Below, piece by piece: positions 59,001 to 64,000 of a DNA stretch of 64,000 nucleotides; the stretch's first letter is position 1, and each line of letters opens with the position of its first letter. The DNA is from Acidobacteriota bacterium (lineage in GTDB: Bacteria > Acidobacteriota > UBA6911 > RPQK01 > JAJDTT01). The position numbers and the translations under genes were made by a program. The notes below the pieces were generated by a model. That model was not told the origin of the DNA and made no database searches. It saw nothing but the letters and a program-made list of their open reading frames with translations. The stretch spans positions 5,920,001-5,984,000 of the forward strand of contig CBDCJH010000002.1 of the NCBI GenBank assembly GCA_965217775.1. The letters run 5' to 3'.

Positions 59001-59804
59001 TCAGCGAGACTTCTTCAGCGCGTAAAGGGCGATCGGAGTGATCAGTCGAGCCGCCAGCGCCGGCGACAAGCGGTTCAAGCCGACCATGAGCCGACCCAGC
59101 CCGGTCAGGTGCACTTCCCGGCGCCGCCGGCGAACCGCCTCCACAATGGTACGAGCTACGGATTTCGAGGTGGCGGCCGCCCGGAAAAGACTGATGGCGG
59201 GAGCAGCGCTGGCAGTGCGGTGGGCCGCCTCAAGGAACTCGGTTTCGGTCAGGCCGGGACAGATGAGACTGATCCCGACACCGCTCCCTCGAAGTTCTCC
59301 CCAGAGCGCTTCGGCCAGGGCCGCCTGGGCGAACTTGGTCACGCAGTACGCCGAGAAATAGGGCATGGCCAGTCTGCCGACGACGCTGCTGACCAGGACG
59401 ATGTGTCCGCTCCCTTGCCGGAGCAGTCCGGGAAGGGCCGCGTGGATGGTCTCGTATCCGGACTGAAAGTTGACCTGCCAGATTCGGGTCAGCTCGTCCG
59501 GAGGAGTCTCGACGACGGGCCCCACAATGCCGTATCCGGCGTTGGAGACGACAATATCGAGGCCTTGGAGTCGACTCCGGCATTCGCGGACGATTTCCGT
59601 TCCGCGGCCCGGCCGGCTCAGATCATGGGCGGCCCAGACGGCCTCTCGTGCACCCCGGCGGCCGCACTCAAGTGCCACCTGCTCCAACCGTTCGGTCCGG
59701 CGAGCCACCAGAAAGAGCTCGCAGGATTCCGCGGCGAACGCGTAGGCGGTGGCTTCCCCGATGCCGGACGACGCCCCCGTAATGAGGACCTTTCCGCCCC
59801 TCAT
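59001..59804 (-). CDS. Short-chain dehydrogenase/reductase
   Basis: ITGASSGIG, NAG, VSS, YCVTK (YxxxK), ICPG. Confidence 0.93.
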   Translation of the reverse strand: MRGGKVLITGASSGIGEATAYAFAAESCELFLVARRTERLEQVALECGRRGAREAVWAAHDLSRPGRGTEIVRECRSRLQGLDIVVSNAGYGIVGPVVETPPDELTRIWQVNFQSGYETIHAALPGLLRQGSGHIVLVSSVVGRLAMPYFSAYCVTKFAQAALAEALWGELRGSGVGISLICPGLTETEFLEAAHRTASAAPAISLFRAAATSKSVARTIVEAVRRRRREVHLTGLGRLMVGLNRLSPALAARLITPIALYALKKSR

Positions 59805-59850
59805 TTCTGGGCTCGGATTGCTCGCCGCGGGGTGCGAGGAGAAATACCGG

Positions 59851-61245
59851 TTAATCTTCGTCGTCCAGTTCTTCCGGCATGAGGACGAACTCGGGATAGG
59901 CTTCCATGCCCAGCTCCCCCACGTCCTGTCCCAGCCGTTCCACCTGGGCCGACACCCGCACGCCCATCGTCACCGCCAGCACCTTCCACACGATCAGTGA
60001 AGTCGCGAACACGAACGCACCCACCGCCAAGATGCCCAGCAACTGGACGCCGATGTTGCCGCCCGCCGCGATGCAGACCGCGATCGTTCCCCAGGTCCCC
60101 GCAAACAGGTGCGCCGGCACCGCCCCCACCACGTCGTCGATCTTGAACTTCTCCAGGAACTTGATCCCCGCCGTGCACAGGATCGCTCCGATGGCGCCGA
60201 TGATGATCGACCAGTGGTGCGACACGATGTCCGGTCCCGCCGTGATCGCCACCAGGCCCGCTATCGCCCCGTTCAACGTGGCGAACAGGTCATTGCGCCC
60301 CAGTATCGGCCTCGACACGATCAGGGCCGTCACCACCCCGGCCGCCGCCGCCAGGTTCGTGTTCACCAGCACGTGGCTCATCGCCATCGCGTCCGCCGCG
60401 CTCCCCAGCGCCAACTGCGACCCGCCGTTGAATCCGAACCACCCGAACCAGAGGATGAACACCCCCAGCGTCACCACGATCACGTTCGACGGCGGCGTCG
60501 GCTTCACCGTCCCGTCCTTCCGGTACTTGCCCAGCCGCGGCCCCACGATCAGGATCCCCGCCAACGCGGCCCAGCCGCCCGTACTGTGCACGATCGTCGA
60601 ACCGGCGAAATCCTGGAATCCCATCGCGTTCAGCCAGCCGCCGCCCCAGGTCCACGCGCCCACCACCGGGTAGATCACCGCCGTCAGCACCGCCACGAAC
60701 ACGAAAAACGACCACATCTTCACCCGCTCGGCCAGCGCCCCCGAGACGATCGACGCCGCCGTCGCCACGAACACCATCTGGAAAAACCAGTCCGACATGG
60801 TCGAGTACTTGCTGTCGGCCCCCGTCACCGCGGCCGCCGCCCCGTCCTGGCCCGCCACCAGCGCCAGATCTTCCGCCGACGGCCCGTACAGCAGCTTGAA
60901 CGACCCGATCACGCTCCCCACGTCCGTGTACATCAGGTTGTACCCGATCACGTAGTAGGCCAGCCCCGCGATCGAGTACAGCCCGATGTTCTTCATGCAG
61001 ATCATGGAGGCGTTCTTGGTCCGCACCGATCCCGACTCCAGCATCGTGAACCCGGCGCACATCCACATCACCATGGCGCCCCAGATCATGAACGAGAAGG
61101 TGTTGAAAACGTACAGCACCTCTTCGTCCACCGCCGCCTGCGCCGCCGCCGTCCCGCAGAGCAGACAGATCACCAACAGCAACAGCTTTCCCACCACGCC
61201 CCGCACCAGCCGTCTGTGCAGCGGGGTCTTCGCTCCTTCTCTCAT
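59851..61245 (-). CDS. amt: Ammonium transporter (Amt family)
   Basis: GFTMLESG, FFQMVF, DFAGSTIVH, ILWFGWFGFNGGS, NGAIAGLVAITAG, DDVVGAVPAH (twin His present). Confidence 0.96.
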   Translation of the reverse strand: MREGAKTPLHRRLVRGVVGKLLLLVICLLCGTAAAQAAVDEEVLYVFNTFSFMIWGAMVMWMCAGFTMLESGSVRTKNASMICMKNIGLYSIAGLAYYVIGYNLMYTDVGSVIGSFKLLYGPSAEDLALVAGQDGAAAAVTGADSKYSTMSDWFFQMVFVATAASIVSGALAERVKMWSFFVFVAVLTAVIYPVVGAWTWGGGWLNAMGFQDFAGSTIVHSTGGWAALAGILIVGPRLGKYRKDGTVKPTPPSNVIVVTLGVFILWFGWFGFNGGSQLALGSAADAMAMSHVLVNTNLAAAAGVVTALIVSRPILGRNDLFATLNGAIAGLVAITAGPDIVSHHWSIIIGAIGAILCTAGIKFLEKFKIDDVVGAVPAHLFAGTWGTIAVCIAAGGNIGVQLLGILAVGAFVFATSLIVWKVLAVTMGVRVSAQVERLGQDVGELGMEAYPEFVLMPEELDDED

Positions 61246-61322
61246 TGCTCCCTCCCAACTTGTAATCGTGGCGAACGCAGAATCCGTTGGACCCGCAGTC
61301 GAGATAAATTGATCTCAGCTAG

Positions 61323-61481
61323 GAGCCTGCGCGGCAGAAATTGATCTACTGCGAAAGCGGTAGAATCGGTCCAGATTTCCCCGATTTCTCGGCGAATAGA
61401 ACAACTATGCACCTCCAAATCGAGAAAATCTGGCCTCGATTCCCCACTTTCTCGCTACGATCATTTCTACCGCGCAGACTC
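61323..61481. mobile_element. MITE family C copy 2 (159 bp)
   Basis: Near-identical to 53878-54036; flanked by CTAG (61319-61322) and CTGG (61482-61485). Confidence 0.9.
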
Positions 61482-61541
61482 CTGGAATTATCGAATCCAT
61501 CCAGTCGATGCCGAACTTCCCGGGACGTCTACCGCGAGCAC

Positions 61542-61877
61542 TCAACCCGCATATGCGGCACGGGCTTCGGATCGTGAACCATGGGTTTGGATGACTCTGT
61601 CGAAGCCACTGATGGTGAAGACCTTATCGATGGAATCCGAAAGCGAACAGATCGAGAATCGTCCGCTTCGTCTCCTGACTTCTTTCGCAGTCAGCAGAAA
61701 GACACGCAGGCCCGCGCTGCTGACGTAGGAGAGACCCTCCAGATCCAGGATCACGTCATCGTCGTCGCCGATCGCCGCTCGCAGCGCGTTCTGAAACTCC
61801 AGAGCGTTGGCGCCATCGACGCGACCCACTGCCCTGGCAATCAAGATGCCATCTTCCTTCTCTGCATGTACCTTCAT
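61542..61877 (-). CDS. STAS-domain anti-sigma-factor antagonist
   Basis: GRVD..NA, ILDLEGLSYVSSAGLRVFL, VF.ISGF; GGAGG RBS. Confidence 0.92.
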   Translation of the reverse strand: MKVHAEKEDGILIARAVGRVDGANALEFQNALRAAIGDDDDVILDLEGLSYVSSAGLRVFLLTAKEVRRRSGRFSICSLSDSIDKVFTISGFDRVIQTHGSRSEARAAYAG

Positions 61878-62143
61878 TTATCCAAACCTCCCGCGATTCG
61901 CCAGCCGCAAGCCCCCCATTACTCGTGCCTCGGATTCTCCCGGATGACTAGGCCCAAAGCTAACAAGTCTAACCGGTCACTCGTCCAGATAACAGGCTGG
62001 GAAACGCCTGGATCGAACCCCGCTCCATGGGAGTCCAGTCGATATCCGGGATCTCGAAAACCGCGGAAAAATCTCGCCACCCGTTCAATTGACTCCCCGT
62101 CCGGGAACGTGGTACGTCTCTGCACGGAACGTCGGCAGCATAG

Positions 62144-62303
62144 CAGTCCGTGGTGAAAGTCTCGCGAGCACCGAGACCGCTCCTGCGCCCGCCGGACAAG
62201 GCGCAACGGAGGGAGCATACCGGGAGTATGTGAGCCGATAGCAACGCAGTCCGCGCACGATGCAGGGACGGTCGAATGCCGTGACGACTTATGGCACGGG
62301 CTG
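62144..62303 (-). mobile_element. MITE family B copy 3 (160 bp, inverted orientation)
   Basis: Starts CAGTCCGTGGTGAAAGTC, ends CACGGGCTG; reverse-complement match to 16152-16309; flanks ATAG and GTAA are not a clean duplication. Confidence 0.88.
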
Positions 62304-62322
62304 GTAACCAAGGAGACCACTC

Positions 62323-63828
62323 ATGAAGTCAAGTCGTATCCCGGGATTCACCCTGATCTTCTTCTGTCTGGCTGCAACGGGTTTTCCGGCCAAACCGCCG
62401 ACCTACGTCCACATCCCTACGGGCCAGCATCAACTGTTTCTCGACGACTTCATGGTCGGCGCCCTGTACCGGGTCGAGCGGCGCGTCAATCCGCCCGCGA
62501 AGTACGAGGGCAACCCGGTGGTCCGGGCGGACCGGCCCTGGGAGCAATCGCCGGGACCCGATTGGAATCCCGGAGTCAGCAAGTCGATCCAGATCCGCAG
62601 CGCCCCCTGCTGGGACCCCCAGGAGGAGGTCTGGAAGATGTGGTACCACGCTAATGGGGAAACGGCGTTCGCCCGTTCCCGGGACGGGATCCACTGGGAG
62701 AAACCGTCTCTGGGAATGCGGGAGTTTAAGGGATCCAAGGACAATAATCTGGTGGTTCTTCGAGACGCGCCCGGGACCTTCATCCAGCACGTACTGCTGG
62801 ACCCCGACGCGGGGCCTGAACGGCGATACAAGGGACTGACCGGCTCTCATAACCGGCATCCCGTGGTCTCATCCGACGGCTACGAGTTCACCAAGCTGGA
62901 CGTGCCCGTGATCCCCAGCCAGGATGAGTCCCATCTGAACTACGACGAGGTGAAAAAGCGGTTCATCGCCACGGTCAAGCACCGGGGCCCCTTCGGCCGA
63001 TCCGTTTTTCTGTCCCTGAGCACCGATTTCGAGAACTGGACCGATCCCGTGCTCATCTTCCACGCCGATGCCTATGACCAGTTGCTGGGCGAGAAACGGG
63101 TCCGCGAACATCTGGCCAATCCCAAGCTCCGCCTGATGACCGTCAACCAGCCGGAGCACTACAACACCGAGATCTACAACATGCCCATCTTCCCCTACGA
63201 GGGGATCTACATCGGGCTGCCCAACCACTTCGAAGCCGCCGGCCACTCTCCCAACCGGAACCAGGAAGGGATCAACTCGGTGAAGCTGTCCACCAGCCGC
63301 GACCTCCGGCGGTGGGTCAAGGTGGGCAACCGGGGATCCTTCATTCCGGTCTCGGAATTGGGTAAAGGGGTGATCGACACGGGCCAGGTTCTGGCCGCCT
63401 CCCGGCCCCAGGTCCACGGAGACGAACTCTGGTTCTATTACACCGGCCTGAACCATCGTTTCCAGACCGACGATCCCTACCGGGGCGGTATTCACCTGGC
63501 GAAGCTGAAACGGGACCGGTTTGCCTATTTCGGGGCCGACCAGGAGGGTGGGTTCGTGGAGACCAGAGCCATCCGCTTCGACGGGAACCGGCTCTTCATA
63601 AACGCCGACGCCACGGACGGAGAAGTTCGAGTCGAAGTGATCGACCAACGGGGCCGACGGGTGCTGAAAGGGTGGAGCCGGGACCGGTCCCAGCCGATCC
63701 AGGGCGACCACCTGCGGGCCGAGGTGAAGTGGACGGGCAAACCGGACCTGGGCGCCTTTCAGGGTGAGTCGATCCGTTTCCGGTTCCGCCTCTACAACGC
63801 CCGTCTGTTCTCATTCTGGCTGGAGTAA
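62323..63828 (+). CDS. Secreted glycoside-hydrolase-like beta-propeller protein, paralog 3
   Basis: AAGGAG RBS, signal peptide, QLFLDD, DRPWE, SRDGIHWEKPSLG, RDRFA, RLFINADA, ARLFSFW. Confidence 0.82.
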   Translation: MKSSRIPGFTLIFFCLAATGFPAKPPTYVHIPTGQHQLFLDDFMVGALYRVERRVNPPAKYEGNPVVRADRPWEQSPGPDWNPGVSKSIQIRSAPCWDPQEEVWKMWYHANGETAFARSRDGIHWEKPSLGMREFKGSKDNNLVVLRDAPGTFIQHVLLDPDAGPERRYKGLTGSHNRHPVVSSDGYEFTKLDVPVIPSQDESHLNYDEVKKRFIATVKHRGPFGRSVFLSLSTDFENWTDPVLIFHADAYDQLLGEKRVREHLANPKLRLMTVNQPEHYNTEIYNMPIFPYEGIYIGLPNHFEAAGHSPNRNQEGINSVKLSTSRDLRRWVKVGNRGSFIPVSELGKGVIDTGQVLAASRPQVHGDELWFYYTGLNHRFQTDDPYRGGIHLAKLKRDRFAYFGADQEGGFVETRAIRFDGNRLFINADATDGEVRVEVIDQRGRRVLKGWSRDRSQPIQGDHLRAEVKWTGKPDLGAFQGESIRFRFRLYNARLFSFWLE

Positions 63829-63855
63829 CTCTCGCGACGTGAAAGGAACGAAAGA

Positions 63856-64000
63856 ATGAAGGACAGGCCCAGGATCACCAGCATCGAGGTCTTCCAGTAC
63901 GAGCGGGACGTCAACGACGTGGGGGTCGAGCCGAACATCGGCATTTTCATCTACCAGCCGGCCGGGGTTCAGAAGTTTCGCGGCCGGGGCCTCCGGATCC
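63856..64000 (+). CDS. N-terminus of a protein running off the right edge, possibly enolase superfamily (partial)
   Basis: ATG behind AAAGGA; MKDRPRITSIEVFQY...YQP...GLRI stays open to the window end. Confidence 0.55.
   Translation, partial: MKDRPRITSIEVFQYERDVNDVGVEPNIGIFIYQPAGVQKFRGRGLRI

Noticed and set aside
61880-62143. Possible anti-sigma kinase fragment upstream of the STAS gene
   Set aside because: No convincing HATPase motif in the frames examined
1-64000. CRISPR array, rRNA, tRNA, integrase or transposase genes
   Set aside because: No regularly spaced repeat-spacer pattern, RNA gene signature or recombinase ORF seen; repeats are dispersed MITEs and REPs

Overview
High-GC bacterial chromosomal window. 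Gene content and order suggest Acidobacteriota, possibly a marine or host-associated lineage; this is inference only. The left part (1-26 kb) is mostly housekeeping: TPR-ispE-prs-rplY-pth, dciA, tonB, ileS-lspA-fabH, queE, nth and thiD. The right part (26-64 kb) is accessory catabolism: an opine dehydrogenase-led operon, three paralogous glycoside-hydrolase-like beta-propeller proteins, many Tat-exported Gfo/Idh/MocA, enolase-superfamily, ThuA and DUF1080 enzymes, a DUF1553/DUF1501 pair, nhaA and amt. Five observations stand out. (1) One reading frame joins lipoprotein signal peptidase LspA to a LolA-like carrier through a retained signal-like segment. (2) Three distinct families of 130-160 bp MITE-like elements with 4-bp NTAN target duplications occur, with no transposase in the window; one is inserted in frame in the LspA-LolA tail and two break genes. 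(3) A stand-alone MAD3/MAD4-like ATPase plus partner pair has its partner inactivated. (4) A decaying TonB-dependent receptor operon lies behind an 11-bp-periodic pho-box-like promoter. (5) An amt gene has atypical codon usage. I saw no rRNA, tRNA or CRISPR array. Family names come from motif recognition by eye, not from database searches.
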